From an uncultured bacterium (lineage in GTDB: Bacteria > Planctomycetota > UBA1135 > GCA-002686595), in the NCBI GenBank assembly GCA_943787795.1, contig CALSNU010000002.1:320001-384000 (forward strand): 64,000 nt of DNA, read 5' to 3'. Below the pieces are notes generated by a model. It worked only from the letters and a program-made list of their open reading frames with translations. It ran no database searches and was not told the origin of the DNA. The translations under genes and the position numbers were made by a program. Each line of letters begins with the position of its first letter. The first letter of the stretch is position 1. Of the stretch, positions 17,497 through 26,601 are shown piece after piece.

Positions 17497-18507
17497 TCAG
17501 GCAGCGCCCAGCTCGCCCAGCATCTCCTGGAGGATGACCGAGGTGTCCCGGCCCTCCGCCAGCGCCTCGTAGGTGGCGCGGATGCGGTGCAGGATGACGT
17601 CCTCGGCGAGGGCAAAGAGATCCTCGGGGATCACGTAGTCGCGGCCGTGGATGAGCGCCCGGGCCCGGGAGGCCTTGACCAGCGCGATGCCCGCCCGGGG
17701 CGACGCGCCGAGTTCCAGCTCGGGGTGCTTGCGGGTGCGGTCGACGATCTCCATCACGTGCTCGATGAAGGCCTCGGAGACGTGAACCTTGGAGACGTCC
17801 TCCATGGCACGGGCCAGCTCGTCACGCCCGCCGACGCTGCCCTGGTCCACCATGTCGAACTCGGTCTTGACGGTGGCGCCGCCGCTCTTGTCCCGCTGGA
17901 TACCGAGCTTCGCGTTCCGACGCAGGACCTCCTTCTCGTCCTCGTTGGTCAGGTATTGGAGGCGGTGCAGGAGCATGAAGCGGTCCAGCTGCGCCTCGGG
18001 CAACTCGAAGGTCCCCGCCTGCTCCACGGGGTTCTGGGTCGCGATCACGAGGAACGGAACCGGCAGGCCGTAGTTCTGGTTGCCGATGGTGATCCGCCGC
18101 TCCTGCATGGCCTCGAGGAGCGCGCTCTGCACCTTGGGCGCGGCGCGGTTGATCTCGTCGGCGAGGAGCAGGTTGGTGAAGATCGGCCCCTTGTGCGTTT
18201 TGAACGTCTGGTCCCGCTGGTCGAGGATCTCGGACCCGAGGATGTCCGAGGGGAGCAGGTCGATCGTGAACTGGATCCGCGCGAAGTCGAGGTCCACGGT
18301 CTTCGAGACCGCCGCCACCAGGAGGGTCTTGGCGAGGCCTGGGACGCCCTCCAACAGGAGGTGTCCCCCGGTCAGGAGCGCGATGAGGATCCGCTCCACC
18401 ACCACCTCCTGGCCGACGACCACCCGGCCGACGCGCTCCTTGATCTCGCCCAGGAAGCGGGCCGTATCGTCAAACTGGGGGGCGGGAGGGCGCTCGATCG
18501 TCGTCAT
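17497..18507 (-). CDS. moxR: MoxR family AAA+ ATPase
   Basis: GHLLLEGVPGLAKT, RIQFTIDLLPSDILG, LLADEINRAAPKVQSALLEAMQE and ATQNPVEQAGTFELPEAQLDRF. Confidence 0.95.
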   Translation of the reverse strand: MTTIERPPAPQFDDTARFLGEIKERVGRVVVGQEVVVERILIALLTGGHLLLEGVPGLAKTLLVAAVSKTVDLDFARIQFTIDLLPSDILGSEILDQRDQTFKTHKGPIFTNLLLADEINRAAPKVQSALLEAMQERRITIGNQNYGLPVPFLVIATQNPVEQAGTFELPEAQLDRFMLLHRLQYLTNEDEKEVLRRNAKLGIQRDKSGGATVKTEFDMVDQGSVGGRDELARAMEDVSKVHVSEAFIEHVMEIVDRTRKHPELELGASPRAGIALVKASRARALIHGRDYVIPEDLFALAEDVILHRIRATYEALAEGRDTSVILQEMLGELGAA

Positions 18508-18949
18508 GGGAAGGGATAGCTGGTGAGGCTCGGCGCGAGGCCGGGCTTCCTGGGGCTGAAACGGGGTCGGATCAGACCCGGCGCCGCTCGGGCAGGGGCG
18601 GGGAGGTCCGATCGGGGTCACATTGCAGCAGCGAGGTCGCCGAGCCAGGGGGCTGAGTCGGGTTCCAGGCGCCTGCGTTCGCCGGGGTCACCGACCCTAC
18701 GCGGCGCGCCGCAGGTGGGTTACGTCCCCATCCTGGATTGTGTTGGCCCGGGCACAGTTTGGCCCGGCTTCGAGCCCGCCCGAAATCCCGCGCCTGTGGC
18801 ATGGTCGGGGCACCCTCCGCCGCTGGCTCATCCCCTGGATTTGCGGAAGTTCTCGAAGATCCCGACCGACAAACGCATGGAGGGCTCGGCCGTACGACTC
18901 GACGGCCACGCTTAGCCCCACGACCACTCGCAACCCAACCACCTCTCCC

Positions 18950-20083
18950 ATGCTCTCGCTTATCACTGCCCTGATTGCAAGCGCGGCGCCCGTTCCGCCC
19001 GCCACCGCACCGCTCACCACCTTCCAAGACGACGACCGCCGCCGGGATGAACTCCGCGCGGAGGCCCGCGATGTCGAGCGGATGATCAAGGAGCTCCACG
19101 AGAGGCTCGGCTGGATCGAGCGAGAGATGGAGGAGCTCGACCGGCACCACGAGGAGCATCACGGCGAGGAGCATCGTGAGCGGCGGGTGATCGTCATGGA
19201 CCTCGGCGATGAAGGCCGCGAGAGGCAGATCCTCATCGATGGGGAACACTCCGAGCTCATCGAGCGGCTCGTGGAGGAACTCATGGAGCGCGAGGAGCGC
19301 CACGAGGATCATCACGACGACCACGGGGATCATGAAGACCATGGCGACCATGATGACCACGACGGACATCACGAGGATCACCACGACGATCATCACGACG
19401 GGCATCACGACGGGCATCACGACGGCCGGGACCACGAGGAGCATCACGAGGTGCGCGGGTTCGAGTTCCCCGGTGGGCACGGCGAGGTGCACATCCGGAT
19501 GGAGATGGAAGGCGAGGACGAGATGGAATTCGACCTCGGGGAGCTCCTCTCCGAGTTCGGCTTCGGCGACCACGACCTGGGGGGCCGAGAGATCCACATG
19601 GAGGTGGAGATCGAGAGCGAGGGGGACCACGGCGAGGAAGGTGAGCACCATGAGCGCCACGTGGAGCGACGGATCATCCACGTCGGTGGCAACGACCGGG
19701 AGCGCGGCGCGCGGCGCCGCGCTCGACGCCTCCCGTCCGGTGGCATCATCGAACTCGAGGCCGTGGACCAGAGCGACGACCTCGGTGGCCTCATCTTTGA
19801 GGCCGGCCCGATCGGCATCGACGTCATCGAGCTCGACGGCTCGGAGTTCATCGAGTTCGGCGACGCTCCGGAGCCTTCGCGGGTCGTGGAGCCGCGCGAG
19901 CGCCGGGAAGAGCGCGGAGCTCGCGGGGGACAGCAGCAGCGCCGCCGAGAGCGCGCGATGGAGCAGCGCGGGCGCGGCATGCCTCCGGAGGCCATGCAGG
20001 CCCTCCGGGAGCTCCAGGAGGAGGTCCGCGCGATGCGTCGAGAGATGAACGAGATGCGTCAGCGCTTCGACCGACGCGACTAG
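18950..20083 (+). CDS. Secreted His/Asp/Glu-rich protein
   Basis: Signal-like N-terminus MLSLITALIASAAP, coiled-coil segments at both ends and a long HHDD/HHDG tract. Confidence 0.75.
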   Translation: MLSLITALIASAAPVPPATAPLTTFQDDDRRRDELRAEARDVERMIKELHERLGWIEREMEELDRHHEEHHGEEHRERRVIVMDLGDEGRERQILIDGEHSELIERLVEELMEREERHEDHHDDHGDHEDHGDHDDHDGHHEDHHDDHHDGHHDGHHDGRDHEEHHEVRGFEFPGGHGEVHIRMEMEGEDEMEFDLGELLSEFGFGDHDLGGREIHMEVEIESEGDHGEEGEHHERHVERRIIHVGGNDRERGARRRARRLPSGGIIELEAVDQSDDLGGLIFEAGPIGIDVIELDGSEFIEFGDAPEPSRVVEPRERREERGARGGQQQRRRERAMEQRGRGMPPEAMQALRELQEEVRAMRREMNEMRQRFDRRD

Positions 20084-20267
20084 GACTGGACCCAGCTCCC
20101 GGCCCCCCGGGGCCCAGGAGTCCCGCGGGTTCCCGAGCAGGGCCCGCGCCGTTCCCGACGGCGCGGGCCCTTGTTATTGGCTGCCCCCCCACTCGCCCGG
20201 CCGCGCTGCGGCTAGACTGGTGCGCCAAAAAGCCCCGACGAGCAGCCACGCGACCCCCATCACGGCC

Positions 20268-22592
20268 ATGACGATCCAAGCCCAACCGACCCTCGCCGAT
20301 TTCCAGCCCCACTTCGCCAAGTGGGAGATCGTGGGCGACCTGATCGACCAGTCGATCGACCTGATGCTCAACATCCGTCAGAGCGGGCACCCGGGCGGCT
20401 CACGCTCCAAGGTCCCCATGATGGTCGCCACGACCCTGGGCCCGGGGATGCGCTGGGACGTCCGCCACCCGGAGAACCCGTTCGGCGACCGCTACGTGCT
20501 CGTGGCAGGGCACTGCAACCCGGGGACCTACGCGATGCTCGCGGTCTACAACGAGGCCCTCCGCATCATGCATGAGCGGACCGGGGACGATCGCTATCTC
20601 GTGCCCAACGCGGCCGAGCGCATGCTCACCTGGGAGGACCTGCTCCGCCTTCGTCATAACGGCGAGCTCCCCGGCCACGCAGAGATGGAGGGCAAGACCC
20701 TCTTCTTCAAGTTCAACACCGGCCCGAGCGGGCACGGCGCGCCGGCCGCCCTCGGGGAGGCCGTGGCCCTCAAGCATGCGGGCAGCGACACCCGTGTCTT
20801 CGCCGTCGAGGGCGAGGGCGGGCACACAGCGGGCTGCCACCACGAGGTCAAGAACTCCGCCTACGGCCTGGGCCTCGATAACCTGATCTACCTGTTCGAC
20901 TGGAACGACCACGGCATCGATTCGTTCGCCAACTCCGAGGTCGCCCACGGGACGCCCAAGGAGTGGTTCGAGCCCTACGGTTGGCGCGTGGCCGGCGCCG
21001 AGGACGGCCATGACTTCGAGCAGATCACGAGCGCGCTGCTCGAGATCGTCCACGCCGAGGACACCCAGGGCCGCCCCGGCTGCGTCTGGTTCAAGACCCG
21101 CAAGGGCCGCGGCTACGGCATCTATGACGCCGCCTCCCACGGCAAGTCCCACGGCCGCAACTCCGAGGGCTTCTGGGCCTGCCGGGAGGCGTTCGCCAGC
21201 AAGTACGGCGTGACCTTCGAGGGTCACGGCGACACCACCGACCCGGGCGAGGACGGCTGCCGCGAGCAGTCGCGCGGCTGGTTCGAGACCGTGTTCAGCG
21301 TCCTCCGCAACACCGAGGGGCTCGCGGAGTACGTGGCCAACACCCTGCTTGGCCTCGGGGAGTCCATCCCGGCGAAGCCCGAGGGACTGCGCCTGGACCC
21401 CGCCAAGAACATGCACGAGGACCGCAGCTGGCTCGACCAGCTGCCCGAGGAGCTGTTCCTCCCCGTCGGTGCCAAGGCCGCCAACAAGGACGGCTTCGCC
21501 AAGTTCGGCTCCTGGGTCAACAGCCTCGCCAAGGAGCGCATGGGCCGGCCGCTCGTGCTCGCCTGCTCGGCGGACCTCGCCGACTCCACCGCCATCAGCG
21601 GCTTCGCCAAGGACTTCGGAGACAAGAAGAGCTTCGGCTGGTACGAGCGCAACTCGAACACCGAGGGCTCGCTCCTGCCCCAGCAGATCACCGAGTTCAC
21701 GAACGCCGGCCTCGTGGTGGGCGCCGCGACGGTGAACATGAGCGCGACCCCCGAGGACGCCTTCATGGGCTACTGGGGCGCGTGCTCCACCTACGGCAGC
21801 TTCTCCTACCTCAAGTACGGGATGATGCGGCTCTTCAGCCAGCTCGCCCAGGACTGCGAGCTGAAGGTCGGTAAGGTCATCTGGGTCGCGGGCCACTCCG
21901 GCCCCGAGACCGCGGAGGACAGTCGCACCCACTTCGGCATCTTCTCACCGGTGGTCACCCAGCTCTTCCCCGAGGGTCACGTGATCAACCTGCGCCCCTG
22001 GGAGCACAACGAGGTCGCCCCCGCCCTCGCCGCCGCGCTCAAGACGGACGTCCCCATCATCGCCCTGCACCTCACCCGGCCCGGCGTCGTGATCCCCGAC
22101 CGCAAGGCCCTGGGCATCCCGAGCCACATAGAGGCCGCCAAGGGCGCCTACGTGCTCCGCGACTACGACACGAGCCGCCCCAAGGAGGGCACGCTCATCG
22201 TCGAGGGCACCTCGACCATGGAGTCAGTCCTCGAGCTCCTGCCGAGCTTCCACGACGGGAGCGCGCCGAACTGCAAGATCGTGGCCACCTCCAGCTACGA
22301 GCTCTTCATGGCCCAGCCCAAGGAGTACAGGGACACCGTGCTGCACAAGTCGGACTGGCTCGACAGCACCGTCATCTCCAACGGCAGCCGCATCGGGATG
22401 CACCCCTGGCTCTCGACCAAGGTCGCCGAGCAGTACGCCATGACGAGCGACCACGACGATCGCTGGCGCACCGGCGGCTCGATCCCCGAGGTCAAGGCCG
22501 AGGCCAAGATTGACGCCGCGAGCCTCCTCGAGGGCATCAAGCGCTTCGCCGGCGACCGCGAGGAGCGGCTCGGGCGGCTGCACTACGTCTAG
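20268..22592 (+). CDS. tkt: Transketolase-family protein (single chain)
   Basis: SGHPGGS, LVAGH, LPGHAE, NTGPSGHG, SADLADST and GHSGPETAEDSRTH. Confidence 0.85.
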   Translation: MTIQAQPTLADFQPHFAKWEIVGDLIDQSIDLMLNIRQSGHPGGSRSKVPMMVATTLGPGMRWDVRHPENPFGDRYVLVAGHCNPGTYAMLAVYNEALRIMHERTGDDRYLVPNAAERMLTWEDLLRLRHNGELPGHAEMEGKTLFFKFNTGPSGHGAPAALGEAVALKHAGSDTRVFAVEGEGGHTAGCHHEVKNSAYGLGLDNLIYLFDWNDHGIDSFANSEVAHGTPKEWFEPYGWRVAGAEDGHDFEQITSALLEIVHAEDTQGRPGCVWFKTRKGRGYGIYDAASHGKSHGRNSEGFWACREAFASKYGVTFEGHGDTTDPGEDGCREQSRGWFETVFSVLRNTEGLAEYVANTLLGLGESIPAKPEGLRLDPAKNMHEDRSWLDQLPEELFLPVGAKAANKDGFAKFGSWVNSLAKERMGRPLVLACSADLADSTAISGFAKDFGDKKSFGWYERNSNTEGSLLPQQITEFTNAGLVVGAATVNMSATPEDAFMGYWGACSTYGSFSYLKYGMMRLFSQLAQDCELKVGKVIWVAGHSGPETAEDSRTHFGIFSPVVTQLFPEGHVINLRPWEHNEVAPALAAALKTDVPIIALHLTRPGVVIPDRKALGIPSHIEAAKGAYVLRDYDTSRPKEGTLIVEGTSTMESVLELLPSFHDGSAPNCKIVATSSYELFMAQPKEYRDTVLHKSDWLDSTVISNGSRIGMHPWLSTKVAEQYAMTSDHDDRWRTGGSIPEVKAEAKIDAASLLEGIKRFAGDREERLGRLHYV

Positions 22593-22782
22593 GATCCAGG
22601 GTCCACCGCTGCTCACCGGCCGCGGCCAGCGTGCTACCGTAGGAGAGGAGGCGCCGTCGCCGTGCGCCCTCTCGGTCTGCCCTTGAGCCTCCCATGACGC
22701 CCTACCTGTTGAACCAGACCTTCGCTTGGGCCGCGCGAGGCGAGATCGGGTCGCGATGGTGCGCCTCCGAGGAGATGTGGAG

Positions 22783-24012
22783 GTGACAGAGCACTCCAAG
22801 CTCCTGATGGTGGCGTATGACTTCCCGCCGCGCCTGAGCGCGGGGGTGCACCGCACCCTGAAGTTCGCCCAGCACCTCCCGTCGCATGGCTGGGAGCCCA
22901 TCGTGGTCACGACGACCGCTGGCGCTTACGAGCGTCGGGACGAGTCCGTCTCGCTACCCGAGGGGCTCGAGGTTCGTCGAGCTTGGAGCTGCGACGCATC
23001 CCGGCGGCTCGCCATTGCAGGGCGCTACCTGACCATCACCTGTACCCCGGATCGGTTCAGCAGTTGGTTCCCATTCGCCGTCCGGGCGGGCCGCGCTGCG
23101 ATCAAAGAGCGCCGTCCGGCCGCGATCTACTCGACCTACCCGATCTTCACGGCCCACATGGTCGCGGCCACACTGGCGCGGAGAGCCGGGTTGCCCTGGA
23201 TCGCTGACTTCAGGGATCCCGCACCGGAGCACTACGAGCCGGGCTATCGAGCACCTCGGCTTGCGAGCCACGTAGACCGCACAGCCGTCGAGGAGGCCAA
23301 CGTGTTGATCTTCGCAACCGAACGCATGCGCGGCCTATACCTCGAGCGCTACCCCCACTGCGATCCCAGCAAGGCTGTGATCATCGAGAACGGTTACGAC
23401 GAGGACCGTTTCGTCGAGTTGTCGCGGGCCGGAAGATCGTCTGGCGCCAACTTCGACATCCTGCACAGCGGCCAGATCTACCCCCGCGGGCGAGACATCA
23501 CAGCGCTGCTTGAGGCCCTGGCCCACGGACCGTCCCACACTCCCGATGGCCGGCTAATCCGCCTCCTCCTTAGAGGGACCCGCAGGAACGAGGACCACGA
23601 GAAGCCCCTCGACGAACAGATCGCGCGGCTGCGCCTCCAGGAGAGGGTGATCCTCCTGCCACCGTGCGAGTACATCGAGGCGCTCGAAGAAATGCGCAAC
23701 GCCGACGCACTCATGATCATTCAGGGGCGGCTCTTTGACTTCCAGATCCCCGGCAAGGCCTACGAGTACGCCGCCACCGATCGACCGATCATCACCCTCG
23801 GAGGGCCGAGAGGAGCCACGGCGGCGCTGATGGCGCAGATGGAGAGCAGTGTAGTCGGTGACTGTGACCACCCGACGAGCATCGCAACAGCGCTCCGTGA
23901 ACTGATCAACCTCAAGCCAACACGACGCGATATCTCGGGCACAAGCCGCCAGGAACGCACAGCGGAGTTCGCCACCATTCTAAAGCAGTTCAAGCCGGCC
24001 GCCGCTCGATAG
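22783..24012 (+). CDS. Glycosyltransferase family 4
   Basis: [35 protein letters not shown] and [11 protein letters not shown] start approximate. Confidence 0.88.
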   Translation: MTEHSKLLMVAYDFPPRLSAGVHRTLKFAQHLPSHGWEPIVVTTTAGAYERRDESVSLPEGLEVRRAWSCDASRRLAIAGRYLTITCTPDRFSSWFPFAVRAGRAAIKERRPAAIYSTYPIFTAHMVAATLARRAGLPWIADFRDPAPEHYEPGYRAPRLASHVDRTAVEEANVLIFATERMRGLYLERYPHCDPSKAVIIENGYDEDRFVELSRAGRSSGANFDILHSGQIYPRGRDITALLEALAHGPSHTPDGRLIRLLLRGTRRNEDHEKPLDEQIARLRLQERVILLPPCEYIEALEEMRNADALMIIQGRLFDFQIPGKAYEYAATDRPIITLGGPRGATAALMAQMESSVVGDCDHPTSIATALRELINLKPTRRDISGTSRQERTAEFATILKQFKPAAAR

Positions 24013-24035
24013 GGCCCTGGAGAGCGAGAGATACC

Positions 24036-25184
24036 ATGACTCCTATCGACGTGCTGCTTGTCTTCGGGACCCGGCCCGAAGCGATCAAGATGGCGCCTGT
24101 CCATCGCGCCCTTGCCCGCGATAACCGATTCCGCGTCAGGGTCTGTGTCACCGCTCAGCACCGCGAGATGCTCGACCAGGTCCTGACCCTCTTCTCGATC
24201 GAACCCACGTTTGACCTGGACCTGATGCGCCCTGGCCAGGACCTGACCTCTGTCACGACCAGTGCCCTCGAGGGCCTCAAGGGAGTCCTCGAGGAGGCGG
24301 ACCCGGACTTCGTCCTCGTCCACGGTGACACGACTACGACCATGGCCGCATCGCTCGCCGCCTACTACGCCCGCATCCCAGTCGGCCACGTTGAGGCCGG
24401 CCTGAGAACCGGTGACATCTACTCGCCTTGGCCGGAGGAGGTGAACCGGCGCTTGACGAGCTCTATCGCTGCCCTGCACTTCGCTCCGACGGAGAGCGCC
24501 CGGGCCAACCTGCTCCAAGAGGGGATCGACGAGGACCGAGTCGTCGTCACGGGGAACACCGTCGTCGACTCGCTACTGACCGCGATCGAGCAGGTCCGTG
24601 AGACAGACGAGGAGGTCTTCTTGAAGCGCTTCGAGGGGATCGACTTCAGCCGAAGCCTCGTGCTTGTCACGGGGCATCGCCGCGAGAACTTCGGTGACGG
24701 GTTCGAGAGAATCTGCGCCGCGTTGGCGGAGCTCTCGAGGACTCCCGGCGTGGAGATTGTCTACCCCGTTCACCTGAACCCGAACGTCCAGGAGCCCGTC
24801 CAGAGAGCTCTCGGAGCGCTCCAGCATGTCCACCTGCTCGAGCCACAGGAGTACCTCCCGTTCCTGTTCCTGATGGATCGGGCCCGCATCATCATCACGG
24901 ACTCGGGAGGCATCCAGGAAGAGGCTCCTTCTCTCGGCAAGCCGGTGCTCGTGATGCGGGAGACCACGGAGCGCCCCGAGGCCGTCGAGGCCGGAACTGT
25001 GCGCCTGGTAGGCACCGGGACCGACCACATCGTGGAAGCCGCCAGAGAGCTCCTCCTGGATGAAGCGCGGTATCGCTCCATGAGCGCCGCCAGCAATCCA
25101 TACGGTGACGGCACCGCCAGCCTGCGCATTGCAGAGTCGCTCGTCGCCCACAATGTCGCTGCCAGGCCAACTGATGGGGCGTAG
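24036..25184 (+). CDS. wecB: UDP-N-acetylglucosamine 2-epimerase (non-hydrolysing)
   Basis: [28 protein letters not shown] and [16 protein letters not shown]. Confidence 0.96.
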   Translation: MTPIDVLLVFGTRPEAIKMAPVHRALARDNRFRVRVCVTAQHREMLDQVLTLFSIEPTFDLDLMRPGQDLTSVTTSALEGLKGVLEEADPDFVLVHGDTTTTMAASLAAYYARIPVGHVEAGLRTGDIYSPWPEEVNRRLTSSIAALHFAPTESARANLLQEGIDEDRVVVTGNTVVDSLLTAIEQVRETDEEVFLKRFEGIDFSRSLVLVTGHRRENFGDGFERICAALAELSRTPGVEIVYPVHLNPNVQEPVQRALGALQHVHLLEPQEYLPFLFLMDRARIIITDSGGIQEEAPSLGKPVLVMRETTERPEAVEAGTVRLVGTGTDHIVEAARELLLDEARYRSMSAASNPYGDGTASLRIAESLVAHNVAARPTDGA

Positions 25185-25265
25185 AGAGGTCCGACGCCGT
25201 CCCCTGACGAGAAAGCGTGGTCCGACCCTTTGACCCATCTGGCCCAGTCAAAGGAGAATGGAGCG

Positions 25266-26504
25266 ATGCGAACCACCCAGGTTTCAGTGATCGGCCTCGG
25301 CTACATCGGGCTCCCCACCGCGGCTGTGATCGCCTCGCGCGGACTGAAGGTCTGCGGAGTCGATGTCTCAAGCGAGACCGTGGATACCGTCAACCGAGGA
25401 GAGGTTCACATTGTCGAACCCGACCTCGACATCGTGGTCCGAAGCGCGGTCATGACCAAGTCGCTGCGCGCGACCCTGACCCCAGAGCCCTCGGACGTCT
25501 TCATCGTCGCGGTCCCAACGCCCTTCGCTGCTGACCACCAACCCGACCTCTCGCATATTCAGCGCGCTGCGCAAGCCATCGCTCCTGTCCTCAAGACGGG
25601 CGACCTCGTGATCCTCGAGTCGACCTCCCCCGTCGGCGCGACAGAGAAGCTCTGCGAGTGGATCGCAGAGGCCCGCACCGACCTCCGCTTACCCCATGTC
25701 CACGGAGAGGGAGCGGACGTCGCCGTCGCCCACTGCCCCGAGCGTGTCCTCCCGGGAAACATCCTGAAGGAACTCGTCGACAACGACCGGATCATCGGGG
25801 GCATCACCCGCCAGTGCGCAATGCGGGCGCGTGACCTGTACGATATTTTCGTCAAGGGAGACTGCATCCTCACCACGGCGCGCACCGCCGAGATGGCGAA
25901 GCTCTCCGAGAACGCTTTCAGGGACGTCAACATCGCCTTCGCGAACGAGCTCTCGCTGATCTGCGATGACAACGACGTCGACGTCTGGGAACTCATCCGC
26001 CTCGCGAACCTGCACCCCAGGGTCCATATCCTGAACCCCGGCCCCGGCGTCGGCGGGCACTGCATTGCGGTGGACCCATGGTTCATTGTCAGCTCCAACC
26101 CGGAGAAGGCCCGCCTCATCAAGACCGCACGGAACGTCAACGACAGCAAGCCAGCGTTCGTGGTTGAGAAGATCGCGCAGGCAGCTGATCAGTTCAAGAA
26201 CCCGGTGATCGCCTGCCTGGGGCTGGCATTCAAGGCGAACATCGACGACCTCCGCGAGAGCCCCGCCCTCGCGATCTGCAGGGAACTGTGCGCGCGACAA
26301 CTCGGCGAGGTCCTCGCGGTAGAGCCGAACCTCTCGGCGCTACCGCCCTCGGAGGCGAATGCTGGGTATGAGCTCACGCCGCTCTCCACCGCCCTCGAGC
26401 GCGCCAACGTCGTCGTGGTGCTCGTGGACCACCAGCAGTTCCGTGGCATCGACCGCGACCTGGTCAACCGAAAGGTCGTCGTGGACACCCGCGGCATCTT
26501 CTAG
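25266..26504 (+). CDS. wecC: UDP-N-acetyl-D-mannosamine dehydrogenase
   Basis: IGLGYIGLPTA, LESTSPVG, HCPERVLPG and PGPGVGGHCIAVDPWF. Confidence 0.95.
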   Translation: MRTTQVSVIGLGYIGLPTAAVIASRGLKVCGVDVSSETVDTVNRGEVHIVEPDLDIVVRSAVMTKSLRATLTPEPSDVFIVAVPTPFAADHQPDLSHIQRAAQAIAPVLKTGDLVILESTSPVGATEKLCEWIAEARTDLRLPHVHGEGADVAVAHCPERVLPGNILKELVDNDRIIGGITRQCAMRARDLYDIFVKGDCILTTARTAEMAKLSENAFRDVNIAFANELSLICDDNDVDVWELIRLANLHPRVHILNPGPGVGGHCIAVDPWFIVSSNPEKARLIKTARNVNDSKPAFVVEKIAQAADQFKNPVIACLGLAFKANIDDLRESPALAICRELCARQLGEVLAVEPNLSALPPSEANAGYELTPLSTALERANVVVVLVDHQQFRGIDRDLVNRKVVVDTRGIF

Positions 26505-26530
26505 CTGGTCGGGATAGAGGCGCTCAACGC

Positions 26531-26565
26531 GCGGCGGGCAGCCCCCCAAGGGGACTGCCCGCCGC
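26531..26565. terminator. GC-rich hairpin between convergent genes
   Basis: GCGGCGGGCAG...CTGCCCGCCGC inverted repeat. Confidence 0.55.
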
Positions 26566-26601
26566 TTCAGTATCGTGGATACCCGGTCGATTCGCCGTCG
26601 A

